Of a DNA stretch of 33,486 bases, positions 33,443-33,486 are shown piece by piece (the first letter of the stretch is position 1; each line of letters opens with the position of its first letter). The translations under genes and the position numbers were made by a program. Source of the DNA: Alphaproteobacteria bacterium (lineage in GTDB: Bacteria; Pseudomonadota; Alphaproteobacteria; Rhodospirillales; Rhodospirillaceae); assembly GCA_015228695.1 (NCBI GenBank), contig JADGDA010000001.1:16283-49768 (forward strand), read 5' to 3'. A model generated the notes under the pieces. That model was not told the origin of the DNA and did not search any database. It saw only the letters and a list, made by a program, of their open reading frames with translations.

Positions 33443-33486
33443 GGTCTTGGAGCGCGGCCAGAGATCGCGGTGACGAGAATAGAAAG

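Overview
High-GC window, alphaproteobacterium-like by codon and protein style (inference only). No similarity searches were run, so all family calls rest on motifs I recognise in the translations. The window has three parts.

(1) 1-15.8 kb, minus strand: one very tightly coupled nine-gene string. It runs from a lytic transglycosylase through six tandem TPR + SPINDLY-type (GT41-like) glycosyltransferase paralogs, with an embedded rmlA/rfbA and a TPR-only two-TM protein. Gene junctions are ATGA/TTGA overlaps or gaps of 2-13 nt. A 233-nt near-identical tract is shared by two of the paralogs.

(2) 15.9-20.9 kb, housekeeping genes: a GT2 polyprenyl-phosphate-type glycosyltransferase, a SAM methyltransferase, a 39-aa Lys-rich peptide, an ATP12-family chaperone, DedA and purEK.

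(3) 21.1-33.5 kb, a mosaic accessory and defence region of visibly lower and variable GC. It holds a DUF4143-type AAA ATPase, a nucleotidyltransferase/HEPN pair, a frameshifted DUF2190 phage remnant, a DUF4238 gene and a small conserved ORF. Next comes a truncated tRNA-Met(CAU) 3' half with its native terminator hairpin, which I read as an att-type island junction.

To the right of that junction the island carries an AAA+ ATPase + S8 subtilase pair (IetAS-like). Convergent with it is a gene of at least 1269 codons. It encodes a Rad50/RloC-like ABC ATPase with a CxxC hook, fused to two LexA-type (S24) peptidase-like modules. I do not recognise this fusion as a described system, and it is my top candidate for something new.

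No rRNA, intact tRNA, CRISPR array, transposase or integrase was seen in the window.
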